A DNA stretch of 50,093 nt from the NCBI GenBank assembly GCA_024642145.1, contig JAHEBS010000001.1:1-50093 (forward strand), written 5' to 3'. How positions within the stretch are numbered: the first letter of the stretch is position 1; every line of letters begins with the position of its first letter. This DNA comes from Marivivens sp. (lineage in GTDB: Bacteria; Pseudomonadota; Alphaproteobacteria; Rhodobacterales; Rhodobacteraceae). Positions 30,698 through 39,327 of the stretch are shown here, one piece after another. The notes beneath the pieces were generated by a model. It saw only the letters and a list, made by a program, of their open reading frames with translations. It made no database searches and was not told the DNA's origin. A program made the translations under genes and the position numbers.

Positions 30698-31366
30698 TCA
30701 GGCCTCGCCCAACCTTTCGCGCATGAACGCCAGCGCCACCGACAGCCCCTCGTTGTCGATGCCATGGCCCGTGCCGCGCATGACATGGGCATAAACCTCG
30801 CTCCAGCCCGCGTCTTGCAGGGTTTGCGCGGCCTGCGGCAGGGCGGCGGGCGGGACCACCTCGTCCTGATCGCCATGCACCAAAAGAACGGCGGGGCGGC
30901 TCATGACCTCATCGGCCAAGGCCTCGGGTTCCAGCAGGCGACCCGAAAAGGCCACAATGCCCGCAACCGCATCTTCGCGGCGGGGGCCTACATGCAGGGC
31001 CATCATGCTGCCTTGGGAAAACCCGAACAGCATCACCTGCTCGGGTAAAAGATCATCGTCCACCATCAGACCGTCCAGAAAGGCATTAAGGTCTTCTGAC
31101 GCCCGCAACAGCCCATCGCGGGCCTGCTCTTCGCTGGACCCGTCGATCCATGGAATCGGAAACCACTGAAAGCCGAAAGGCGCGCCAGCACAGGCTTCGG
31201 GCGCGTCGGGGGCGACAAAAAGCGTGTCGGGCAGGTGTTCGCCCAGAACATCGGCAATACCCAAAAGATCCGCGCCATTGGCACCGTAGCCATGCAAAAA
31301 CACCACGGCCGATCTGATGTCGCCCGAAACCGGCTCGCGTCGTCCTGCTTCCAATGCCCGCGTCAT
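30698..31366 (-). CDS. Alpha/beta hydrolase (phospholipase/carboxylesterase family)
   Basis: The start is set at the ATG at 31366 (AAGGGG upstream). Motifs are VVFLHGYGANGADL, the nucleophile elbow FGFSQGSMM, LVHGDQD, and a catalytic His in GTGHGI. Confidence 0.82.
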   Translation of the reverse strand: MTRALEAGRREPVSGDIRSAVVFLHGYGANGADLLGIADVLGEHLPDTLFVAPDAPEACAGAPFGFQWFPIPWIDGSSEEQARDGLLRASEDLNAFLDGLMVDDDLLPEQVMLFGFSQGSMMALHVGPRREDAVAGIVAFSGRLLEPEALADEVMSRPAVLLVHGDQDEVVPPAALPQAAQTLQDAGWSEVYAHVMRGTGHGIDNEGLSVALAFMRERLGEA

Positions 31367-31382
31367 ACCAAACCCCTTTGAT

Positions 31383-32003
31383 TCATTGCTGCCTGTAGTA
31401 GGCCCAGAGCAGCCGCGCCGCAACCGCGCGCCATGGCGCCCAAGCCGACGCCAGCCCAGCCATCGCCCGCGCATCGGGACGCGCTGGCAGATCAAGCAGC
31501 CGGCGCGCCGCTTCTTGCAGGGCAAGATCAGCATGCGGAAAGACATCGGCCCGCCCCATCGCCGACAGCAAGTAAAGCTCGGCCGTCCACGGCCCGACAC
31601 CTGGTAAGCGGCGCAGCGCGGTCAGCGCCGCCGTATCGGTCATGTCCTGCAACGCCCTGAAATCAAAGCCGATCAGGGCAATGTCCTGCGCGTAGCGCGC
31701 CTTGGCGCGTGACAGGCCCGCGGCCAGCAAATCCTGCGGATCGCAGGCCGCGACGCGGGCCGCGTCATCCAGCCCCGCCGCCCTCAGGCGGGTCCAGACA
31801 GCCTCGGCGGCGGCGGTCGAGATCAACTGTCCGGTGATGATCCACAAGAGCGTCGCAAATCCCGCCTCGCGCCGCCTGAGCGGCAGAGGTGACAGCCGAC
31901 CGATTGCAGGGGCAAGGCGCGGGTCGATCTTGGCCAGTGCCGCGGCGCCCGCGGCAAGGTCGGCCTCGGTTTCGATCACGCGGATCAAAGTCGCAGGACC
32001 CAA
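31383..32003 (-). CDS. HhH-GPD DNA glycosylase (AlkA-like 3-methyladenine glycosylase II family)
   Basis: A 206-aa protein with the helix-hairpin-helix motif LRRLPGVGPWTAELYLL followed by FPHADLAL (catalytic Asp region). Its 5' end overlaps the cobK 3' end by 19 nt. Confidence 0.78.
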   Translation of the reverse strand: MGPATLIRVIETEADLAAGAAALAKIDPRLAPAIGRLSPLPLRRREAGFATLLWIITGQLISTAAAEAVWTRLRAAGLDDAARVAACDPQDLLAAGLSRAKARYAQDIALIGFDFRALQDMTDTAALTALRRLPGVGPWTAELYLLSAMGRADVFPHADLALQEAARRLLDLPARPDARAMAGLASAWAPWRAVAARLLWAYYRQQ

Positions 32004-32713
32004 CCCACGGCCTCGGCCACGCTGTCGGCGCGGGCCGCGCCTGCGGGCAAGGCCGGACGGCGGATCATGGCCACGGGGATGGCCAAGGCCCGCGCGGCAT
32101 CAAGCTTGGCCCGCGCGGCGGCGGCACCCGAATCCTTGGCCACGATCCAGTCGATGCGATGATCCTTGAGGAATGCCGCCTCATGCGCCTCGTCAAAGGG
32201 GGGGCGCCCGACAACCCATTGCCCATCCGCGAAAGGAAAGGGTTCTGTCGTGGCATCAATCACCCGCACGATCAACCGACGCCCCTGCAGCCCTGCGTAG
32301 TCCTGCAGGTGCTGGCGCCCCGTCGCCAGAAAGACCCGCCGCCCCTCGGGGATCATCGCCGGCAGGTCATGCGGACCATCAACCCAGCGCCAGCGATCGG
32401 TCGGCGCGGCGTCCCAACCGGGACGCATGAGCTTGAGGTAGGGCAGACCCAGTTCAGCGGCCGCCGCGGCGGCGCGGGCGGTCATCTGCGCGGCAAAGGG
32501 ATGGGTTGCATCCACGATCGCCGTGATCCCCTCGCGCCCCAAGAACTCCCGCAGGCCCTTTTCGCCGCCGAACCCACCGCTGCGCGTCGGCACGGCGAGC
32601 TTGAGCGGATGGGCTGTGACGCCCGCAAACGACGCCATGGCGGGAATGGCGCGCGCCTTGAATTCCTCGGACAAAAGCCGCGCCTCGGTCGTGCCTGCCA
32701 AAAGCAAGATCAT
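31985..32713 (-). CDS. cobK: Precorrin-6A / cobalt-precorrin-6A reductase
   Basis: A 242-aa protein reading MILLLAGTTEARLL...ITAIVDATHPFA...IDWIVAKDSG, typical of CobK/CbiJ. Its start overlaps the cbiD stop by 4 nt. Confidence 0.88.
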   Translation of the reverse strand: MILLLAGTTEARLLSEEFKARAIPAMASFAGVTAHPLKLAVPTRSGGFGGEKGLREFLGREGITAIVDATHPFAAQMTARAAAAAAELGLPYLKLMRPGWDAAPTDRWRWVDGPHDLPAMIPEGRRVFLATGRQHLQDYAGLQGRRLIVRVIDATTEPFPFADGQWVVGRPPFDEAHEAAFLKDHRIDWIVAKDSGAAAARAKLDAARALAIPVAMIRRPALPAGAARADSVAEAVGWVLRL

Positions 32714-33753
32714 GCGCCCGCCCGCGCGAGAATCGCGCCCGCCCGATCAATCACCACCACATCAATCATGGTTTCCGGCAGATCCGAACGCAGACGCGCC
32801 AAGGCGCGTTCGGCTACCTGCTGTGCCAGGTCTTGTCCTGCAACTTCATAGGCTTGCAAAACGGTGTTCATGTCAGTTAACCGCGCATCGCCCATCCATT
32901 CGGCCAACTGGCCGAAATCGGCCTGCGAACGGCCCGAGTGCAAATCCATCGCGCCCTGCGCGAGTTTCACCATCTTGCCGATGCCGCCCCCAACCGTGAG
33001 CCGCGCCACGGGGTGGCGGCGCAGATATTTGATCATGCCGCCGACAAAATCGCCCATATCCAGCATGGCGTGATCGGGCAGACCGTAAAGCCCCTGAACC
33101 ACACGTTCTGACGTGGCGCCGGTCGTGCCCGCCACATGGGCCAGCCCCGCCGCGCGCGCCACGTCGATGCCACGATGGATCGAGGCGATCCAAGCCGCGC
33201 AGGAAAAGGGCCGCACGATTCCGGTTGTGCCCAGAATCGACAGGCCGCCTTCGATGCCCAAACGCGGATTCCACGTCTTGGCGGCCAGTTCTGCGCCATT
33301 GGGCACCGAGACGGTGATCGTCACATCCGGCGCGCGCCCGTATTCGGCGGCAAGATCGGCCACGACCTCGTCCATCATGGCGCGCGGCACGGGGTTGATC
33401 GCGGGTTCGCCCACCGCGATCGGCAGGCCCGGACGCGTCACCACGCCCACGCCCTGCCCCGCACGAAACACCACGCCGCCATCCGAGGCCGCGACCCTGA
33501 CCTTGATCAACGCGCCATGCGTCACGTCGGGGTCATCGCCCGCGTCCTTGATGATTCCGGCCTCGGCCCAACCCGCGCCCGCATCGGTCTGGGCCAGCGC
33601 AAAGCTCGGGGTTTCGCCGCGCGGCAGACGGATTGTCACCGTTTCAGGGAAGTCCCCGCCCCAAAGCCGCATCAGCGCCGCCCGCGTCGCGGCGGTGGCG
33701 CAGGCACCGGTGGTCCAGCCACGGCGCAGTTCCTTGGGGGCGTCCTTGTCCAT
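32710..33753 (-). CDS. cbiD: Cobalt-precorrin-5B (C1)-methyltransferase
   Basis: The start is set at the ATG at 33753 (MDKDAPKELRRGWTTGACATAA...). Motifs include IIKDAGDDPDVTHG, GIEGGLSILGTTGIVRP and VGGGIGK. Confidence 0.88.
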   Translation of the reverse strand: MDKDAPKELRRGWTTGACATAATRAALMRLWGGDFPETVTIRLPRGETPSFALAQTDAGAGWAEAGIIKDAGDDPDVTHGALIKVRVAASDGGVVFRAGQGVGVVTRPGLPIAVGEPAINPVPRAMMDEVVADLAAEYGRAPDVTITVSVPNGAELAAKTWNPRLGIEGGLSILGTTGIVRPFSCAAWIASIHRGIDVARAAGLAHVAGTTGATSERVVQGLYGLPDHAMLDMGDFVGGMIKYLRRHPVARLTVGGGIGKMVKLAQGAMDLHSGRSQADFGQLAEWMGDARLTDMNTVLQAYEVAGQDLAQQVAERALARLRSDLPETMIDVVVIDRAGAILARAGA

Positions 33754-33850
33754 CGGACCGACCTTAGCCGCCCCATCCGATGCCGCCAATCGCCATTGCG
33801 CGGTCGCCTCTGCTCTTTCCTCGGGGCGCGCGCGCGCCCATAACGGGCTC

Positions 33851-34648
33851 ATGACGGAATCGCCGCTCCCCAAAGGGCCTGCTTGGCCCCAATTCGAACC
33901 CGGTTGGGTCTGGCTCTGCGGGGCCGGTCCCGGCGACCCGGGTCTGATGACGCTGCACGGGTTGAATGCCCTCAGGCAGGCCGATGTCGTGGTCTATGAC
34001 GCGCTGGTCGAAACGGCGATCCTTGCGTGGGCGCCACAGGCTGAACATATCTATGCGGGCAAGCGCGGCGGCAAACCCTCGCCCAAGCAAACCGACATTT
34101 CGCTGCGGCTTGTCGAACTGGCGCAGGCAGGCAAGCGGGTTTTGCGACTCAAAGGCGGCGATCCGTTTGTCTTTGGCCGTGGCGGTGAAGAGGCGCAGAT
34201 GCTGGTGGCCCATGGCGTGCCGTTCCGCGTCATTCCCGGTATCACCGCGGGCATCGGCGGTCTGGCCTATGCCGGCATCCCCGTGACCCACCGCGAGGTC
34301 AACCAGTCCGTGACCTTTGTCACCGGACATGACCAGACGGGCGAGACACCCGCCGCGCTGGACTGGGCGGCAATTGCGCGCGGCAGTCAGGTCATCGTCA
34401 TCTATATGGGCATGAAGCATATTGCCGAAATCACCAGCGCGCTGATGGCAGGTGGCCGTGACCCTGCCGAACCGGTGGCGGTTGTCACCAATGCCACAAC
34501 GCCTGACCAGCGCGTTCTTGAAACCACGCTTGGCGCCGTGGTCGCCGATGTGGCCGCAGCGGGGATGGAGCCGCCCGCGATCTTTTGTGTGGGGCGTGTG
34601 GGCGACTATCGCGCCGAACTGAACTGGCAGCGGTTCATCGGCCCATGA
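33851..34648 (+). CDS. cobA: Uroporphyrinogen-III C-methyltransferase
   Basis: The start is set at the ATG at 33851. Motifs are VWLCGAGPGDPGLMTLHG, VVYDALV and RLKGGDPFVFGRGGEE. The long upstream part of the track ORF is antisense to cbiD. Confidence 0.92.
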   Translation: MTESPLPKGPAWPQFEPGWVWLCGAGPGDPGLMTLHGLNALRQADVVVYDALVETAILAWAPQAEHIYAGKRGGKPSPKQTDISLRLVELAQAGKRVLRLKGGDPFVFGRGGEEAQMLVAHGVPFRVIPGITAGIGGLAYAGIPVTHREVNQSVTFVTGHDQTGETPAALDWAAIARGSQVIVIYMGMKHIAEITSALMAGGRDPAEPVAVVTNATTPDQRVLETTLGAVVADVAAAGMEPPAIFCVGRVGDYRAELNWQRFIGP

Positions 34649-35916
34649 ACGGCCGTGGCCTGATCCTTGCCGCACCCGGATCGGGGTCGGGCAAAACCAC
34701 CGTCACCCTTGGCCTTTTGCGCGCACTATCGCGGCGGGGCCTTGCGGTGCGCGGCGCAAAGTCGGGGCCGGATTACATTGATCCACGCTTTCATGAGGCC
34801 GCCTGTGGCCAGCCCTGTCTGAACCTTGACGCTTGGGCCATGACACCCGCGCGGATCACCGCGCTTGCAGCGGGCGATGGGCTGCTGCTGATCGAAGGCG
34901 CCATGGGTCTTTTTGACGGCGCGCCCCCCGAAGGTCGGGGGGCCAGCGCCGATCTGGCGCGTATCCTTGATCTGCCGGTGGTGCTGATCGTCGATGCCGC
35001 GCATATGGCGCAGTCGATAGCCCCTCTTGTCGCGGGCTTTGCCCGCCACGACCCCAAGGTGCGCGTCGCGGGGGTGATCCTCAACCGCGTCGGCTCGCCC
35101 AGACATGAGGCGATGCTGCGGACCGCGCTGAAACCCTTGGGGCTGCCCGTCTTGGGCGCGATCTACAGGCAAGGCGACCTTGCCCATCCTTCGCGCCATC
35201 TGGGTCTGGTTCAGGCGGGCGAAAGGCCCGATCTGGAGGCGTTTCTGGACCGTGCGGGCGATATCGTGGCGCAGGCGGTCGATCTGCAGGCAGTTGCGGC
35301 GCTTGCGTCCCCCCTACCTGCGCCGGACGCCGCGCCGCGCCTGATCCCACCAGCCCAGCGCATTGCGGTGGCAAACGATCAGGCCTTTGCTTTTGCCTAT
35401 CCCCATATCCTTGCCGACTGGCGCGCGAACGGGGCCGAGGTGCTGCCGTTTTCACCCTTGGCCGACCAGGCCGTGCCCGAGGCGGATTTTGTGTTTCTGC
35501 CAGGCGGTTACCCCGAATTGCACGCAGGCCCGATTGCCGGCGCCACGGCGTTCATGGCAAGCCTGAGGGCCGCCGCCCAGCGCGTGCCTGTCTATGGCGA
35601 GTGTGGTGGCTATATGGTTCTGGGCCAGACTTTGACGGATGCCACGGGCGTCAAACACCCCATGGCGGGGCTTTTGTCGCTGGAAACCTCGTTTGCCCAG
35701 CGCAGGTTGCACCTTGGGTATAGGCGCGTGCGCGCAGTCGCTGGCCCAATGTCGGGAAACTGGGCCGCGCATGAGTTCCACTATGCCACGACGACCCATG
35801 CCGAGGGCGCCCCGCTTTTCACCGCGACCGATGCCGAGGGGCAGGATCTGGCGCCCATGGGGCTTGTTCACGGCCGCGTGAGCGGCTCCTTCGCGCATCT
35901 GATCGACCGCCTATGA
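34645..35916 (+). CDS. cobB: Cobyrinic / hydrogenobyrinic acid a,c-diamide synthase
   Basis: The start is the ATG at 34645, overlapping the cobA stop (ATGA). Motifs are LILAAPGSGSGKTTVTLGL, GPDYIDP, EGAMGLFDG and the GATase Cys in YGECGGYMVLG. Confidence 0.92.
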   Translation: MNGRGLILAAPGSGSGKTTVTLGLLRALSRRGLAVRGAKSGPDYIDPRFHEAACGQPCLNLDAWAMTPARITALAAGDGLLLIEGAMGLFDGAPPEGRGASADLARILDLPVVLIVDAAHMAQSIAPLVAGFARHDPKVRVAGVILNRVGSPRHEAMLRTALKPLGLPVLGAIYRQGDLAHPSRHLGLVQAGERPDLEAFLDRAGDIVAQAVDLQAVAALASPLPAPDAAPRLIPPAQRIAVANDQAFAFAYPHILADWRANGAEVLPFSPLADQAVPEADFVFLPGGYPELHAGPIAGATAFMASLRAAAQRVPVYGECGGYMVLGQTLTDATGVKHPMAGLLSLETSFAQRRLHLGYRRVRAVAGPMSGNWAAHEFHYATTTHAEGAPLFTATDAEGQDLAPMGLVHGRVSGSFAHLIDRL

Positions 35917-35956
35917 ACCATTGCCACGGCCGCCAGCGGCCTATACCGATTTCCGC

Positions 35957-37207
35957 ATGACCGCGATCATCACCGACGACACCCGCACAAAGCGCAATGT
36001 GGCCTTTCTGGTAGCGGCGCAGGCCATTCTGGGCAGCCAGATGCCCATGATCTTTACCATCGGCGGCCTTGCAGGCGCGAATATGACGCGCGGCACGGGC
36101 TATGCTTGGCTTGCAACCTTGCCGATCTCGATGATCGTCTTTGGCTCGATGACCACAGCACCTTGGCTGTCGCCGTTCATGCAGCGCTACGGGCGGCGGC
36201 GCGGTTTCTTTCTGGGTGCGGTCGCGGCCACCATCGGCGCGGGGCTTTCGGCGCTGGGGCTTTATTACGGTTCGTTCCCTTTGCTCTTGGCTGGCAGTTA
36301 TCTGACCGGCATCTATATGTCGGCGCAGGGTTTTTACCGTTTCGCCGTCTCTGATACCGCCTCGCCAGAGTTCTTGCCCAAGGCCATTTCCTATGTGATG
36401 GCGGGCGGCCTGTTGTCGGCCTTTGTCGGCCCGCAGTTGAACAAACTGGTGCAGGATTCCTTCGTCGTGCCGTTTGTGGGCAGCTATCTGGCGGTGATGG
36501 GTCTGAACCTTGTGGGGATGTTCCTGTTTCTGGGGCTTGATCTGCCGCGCGGCAACCGGCGCAAGGAAACGGCTGCGGACCGTATCGGGCTGCGCACGCG
36601 GCGCGCGTTGTTGCGCGACCCCAAAATCCTTGTCGCGGTGATCGTGGCGATGGTGTCCTACGCCTTGATGAACCTTGTCATGACCTCGACCCCCTTGGCG
36701 GTGGTCGGGTGCGGCTATGAGAAAAACAACGCCGCCGACATCGTTTCGGCCCATGTCCTTGCGATGTATATACCCTCGTTCTTTACCGGCCATCTGATTG
36801 CGCGCTTTGGCGTGCGCACCATCATGTCGATCGGTCTTGTGATTCTTGCCGCTGCAGGGCTCGCCAACCTTGCAGGCGTGCAGATCGCCGATCTCGAACA
36901 GCCGGGCCTGTGGAGCTTCTATACCGGACTGATCCTTTTGGGGGTGGGCTGGAACTTTGGCTTTATCGGCGCAACCACCTTGCTTTCCAGCGCCCACCGC
37001 CCCGAAGAACGCGGCGTGGTGCAGGGCCTGAACGATATGATCGTTTTCGGCTGCGTCACTCTGGCCAGCCTCAGCTCGGGCCTGTTGATGAACGGTGACG
37101 GCCTGACAGCCGCGCAGGGCTGGAGCCATGTGAACCTGTTCATGGTGCCGTTCCTTGCACTTGCGGGCGGCGCGCTGATCTGGCTGCAACTACGGCCCAA
37201 GGACTGA
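35957..37207 (+). CDS. MFS transporter
   Basis: About 12 hydrophobic segments. The loop after TM2 reads QRYGRRRGF (MFS motif A-like). The start is set at the ATG at 35957; the track start at 35921 is TTG. Confidence 0.8.
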   Translation: MTAIITDDTRTKRNVAFLVAAQAILGSQMPMIFTIGGLAGANMTRGTGYAWLATLPISMIVFGSMTTAPWLSPFMQRYGRRRGFFLGAVAATIGAGLSALGLYYGSFPLLLAGSYLTGIYMSAQGFYRFAVSDTASPEFLPKAISYVMAGGLLSAFVGPQLNKLVQDSFVVPFVGSYLAVMGLNLVGMFLFLGLDLPRGNRRKETAADRIGLRTRRALLRDPKILVAVIVAMVSYALMNLVMTSTPLAVVGCGYEKNNAADIVSAHVLAMYIPSFFTGHLIARFGVRTIMSIGLVILAAAGLANLAGVQIADLEQPGLWSFYTGLILLGVGWNFGFIGATTLLSSAHRPEERGVVQGLNDMIVFGCVTLASLSSGLLMNGDGLTAAQGWSHVNLFMVPFLALAGGALIWLQLRPKD

Positions 37208-37261
37208 CGTAGGACCAGTCAGGCGGCGGCGCGACCCGCGCCACCGCCGCCGATGCGGTCC

Positions 37262-37801
37262 TTACTTTTCAAACATGATCGACACATCGCCAAGGGTGAT
37301 CCCGCCTCGGCTGAGATAGGCCCGATTGAACAGACGGTCGTCGGACAACAGCCACATCCAGTCGTCAAAGTCCGCCCGCATATAGGTGGTCTCGCCCTCT
37401 GCCGAGGGAATGGGCAGGTCAATGGTATAGCGCCAGTTGAACCGGTCGCCGTTTTCCTCGCCAGACGCCGTCCCGATCACACCAGGTGCCGTGCCCTGCC
37501 AACTGTCAGGTCCGGTTTTGACAAGCGTCCAGACCCGCTGTTCGGTCGAGCCGTCCTCGTAAATGAAATCCTCGGTCAGAACCAAGGTCTCGCCGTTCCA
37601 TTTGCCATGAATGGTGACCTCGAAACTGCGGCGCACCTTGCCGAATATGTCCTGAAACTGCCCGTGCGCGGTGACCGTGCCGTCAAAGAACTCTTCAAGG
37701 TTCAGTTGCCGGTCAGAAAGCGGCGGATCCGCAAACTCCGGCTTGCCTGCGCAGGCGGCGAGCGCCGTCAACAAGGTTAAACCCAAAACCAATTTCCGCA
37801 T
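37262..37801 (-). CDS. DUF3833-type lipoprotein
   Basis: The lipobox is LTLLTALAAC at the N-terminus. The protein is 179 aa, and the overall sequence (FFDGTVTAHGQFQD...WRYTIDLP) matches my recollection of DUF3833. Confidence 0.6.
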   Translation of the reverse strand: MRKLVLGLTLLTALAACAGKPEFADPPLSDRQLNLEEFFDGTVTAHGQFQDIFGKVRRSFEVTIHGKWNGETLVLTEDFIYEDGSTEQRVWTLVKTGPDSWQGTAPGVIGTASGEENGDRFNWRYTIDLPIPSAEGETTYMRADFDDWMWLLSDDRLFNRAYLSRGGITLGDVSIMFEK

Positions 37802-37834
37802 GTTTTCATCCTAGATTCGCGTTGAAGTTAAATC

Positions 37835-38446
37835 TCAGCGCATCCCGCGAAGCGCCCGCGAGGCCGCCACATCGCGAGAGCCATCCGAAAGCCAGATGCC
37901 CAAAAGGCGGTCTCTGATCCCGTCGTGCCAAAGCACACAGGTTGGCGCGCCATTAAGCAAAAACCGCACATGGTCAGGGCCTTCGGCAATCGTCACAAAG
38001 GCATCACCCCGCGTGACATCGCGATAACACGACGCCAGCTTTTCCTCGATCGCCGCATGATCTGCCTGATCGCCCTCGAGCCGCGAAAGCTCGAACATGG
38101 ATGCCCAGACCAATGCGTTTGCGTCAAACGCGCGGTCATAGACCAGTCTCAGCGAAAACCGCTGGTTCCAATCAAACATCCGGCCTTTCTCGGTATAAAG
38201 TTCGGCCCTGAACAAGCGGAAACCCAGCAGCTTGGTTTCGGCGGTTCCAATCTGCGCCGGTTCCGCCAGATAGGCCGAAACTGCGGCATCCTCGGTGCTG
38301 GCCCGCGCAGGATTTGGCAGAGCCAGAACGCAGATCGACAACAAGGCGAATACGACAAGCTGCCAGATGCCGCTCTGCACGGCTGGCATCAAGGTTTGCG
38401 CGGGCAGCGACCTTTGTTTGAAGGCAATACGAGCGTCGATTTCCAT
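37835..38446 (-). CDS. Secreted chalcone-isomerase-like family protein
   Basis: A strong AGGAGGAA RBS lies upstream of the ATG at 38446. There is a signal or anchor segment (IWQLVVFALLSICVLALPNPARA). The core LLGFRLFRAELY...FSLRLVYDRAF is typical of bacterial chalcone-isomerase-like proteins. Confidence 0.55.
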   Translation of the reverse strand: MEIDARIAFKQRSLPAQTLMPAVQSGIWQLVVFALLSICVLALPNPARASTEDAAVSAYLAEPAQIGTAETKLLGFRLFRAELYTEKGRMFDWNQRFSLRLVYDRAFDANALVWASMFELSRLEGDQADHAAIEEKLASCYRDVTRGDAFVTIAEGPDHVRFLLNGAPTCVLWHDGIRDRLLGIWLSDGSRDVAASRALRGMR

Positions 38447-38556
38447 CCCAGGTGTTCCTCCTGTGACGGATACGCGCCGCAGCCTTGGATGGATCTGTTT
38501 TCATCGGCCTGACCCAAGGCGACTGCCGAAAACAGCCCCGCCAGCTGTTCAGCCGA

Positions 38557-39327
38557 TTACCAGCGTCCCGTGGCGCTCAGCGCCAAAAGACGGGCCCGCC
38601 GTCCGAATTCGGACAGACCCAGACTGCCTTGCGCAACGCGCGCGGGGTTGGTTGCCGCTTGGCGCAGCACCGTCTGCGCCAGCCAGGCCGTTCTCAGCGC
38701 AGGGTAAAGCGCCCTGCCCATGCCAGCCGCCCGCGCTTGGGCCAGATCCGCCAGCCCTGCCTCTGCCAGTTGCGCGACCGCCGCGGGGCGACCATCGACC
38801 AAGGGCTGGGCACCCGCGGCTTCGAGCGCGGGAATGGCGCGGAACCAGTTGGCCAATGCCAAGGCACGACCCGCGGCGCGGGCGGGTGCCTCGTCTTGGT
38901 CGGCGGCGCCCAAGGCCTTGACGGCCAGCCACATCAGCCCGCCGCCCGTCGCCTCGATATGCGCGGCAAAGGCCGCCTCGTTCGCAAAGGGTTCGCGGTA
39001 GATATCCCAGCGTCGTGCAAGGATCAGGGCATCCATCGTCGCGGCGGGCAGGCCGCAGGTGGTCATCACGTCCGCCAAAGGACGCACCACATCATGGGCA
39101 CGCGGTGTCTTGCCTGCGGCGATCTCGGCCACGGCATCGCGCCACCATTGCAGGCGGATCTCGGCAATCGGTGCCTCGCGCGTCATCCAAGGGGCCCGCG
39201 CGACCTCGAGGTTGAAGGCGAAAAGCGGGAAAAGACGCGCCCGCGCGGCGACGGGCGCCGACATCACGGCCAGAAACCGGTCGGGATCGCCCTTTTCAAC
39301 GATCGCGGCGCAGGCGTTCAGGCTCAC
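38557..39327 (-). CDS. Squalene/phytoene synthase family protein (NDUFAF6-like, non-carotenoid context)
   Basis: A 256-aa protein reading DPDRFLAVMSAP...LFAFNLEVARAPW...IRLQWWRDAV. Its start overlaps the cimA stop by 4 nt. Confidence 0.7.
   Translation of the reverse strand: MSLNACAAIVEKGDPDRFLAVMSAPVAARARLFPLFAFNLEVARAPWMTREAPIAEIRLQWWRDAVAEIAAGKTPRAHDVVRPLADVMTTCGLPAATMDALILARRWDIYREPFANEAAFAAHIEATGGGLMWLAVKALGAADQDEAPARAAGRALALANWFRAIPALEAAGAQPLVDGRPAAVAQLAEAGLADLAQARAAGMGRALYPALRTAWLAQTVLRQAATNPARVAQGSLGLSEFGRRARLLALSATGRW

Noticed and set aside
33754-33850. A possible cobalamin riboswitch in the divergent cbiD/cobA spacer, or elsewhere near the cob, MFS and MttB genes.
   Set aside because: - The spacer is only 97 nt.
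- I could not find a B12-box-like element or the conserved riboswitch core.
- A covariance-model scan (Rfam Cobalamin) would be the decisive check.
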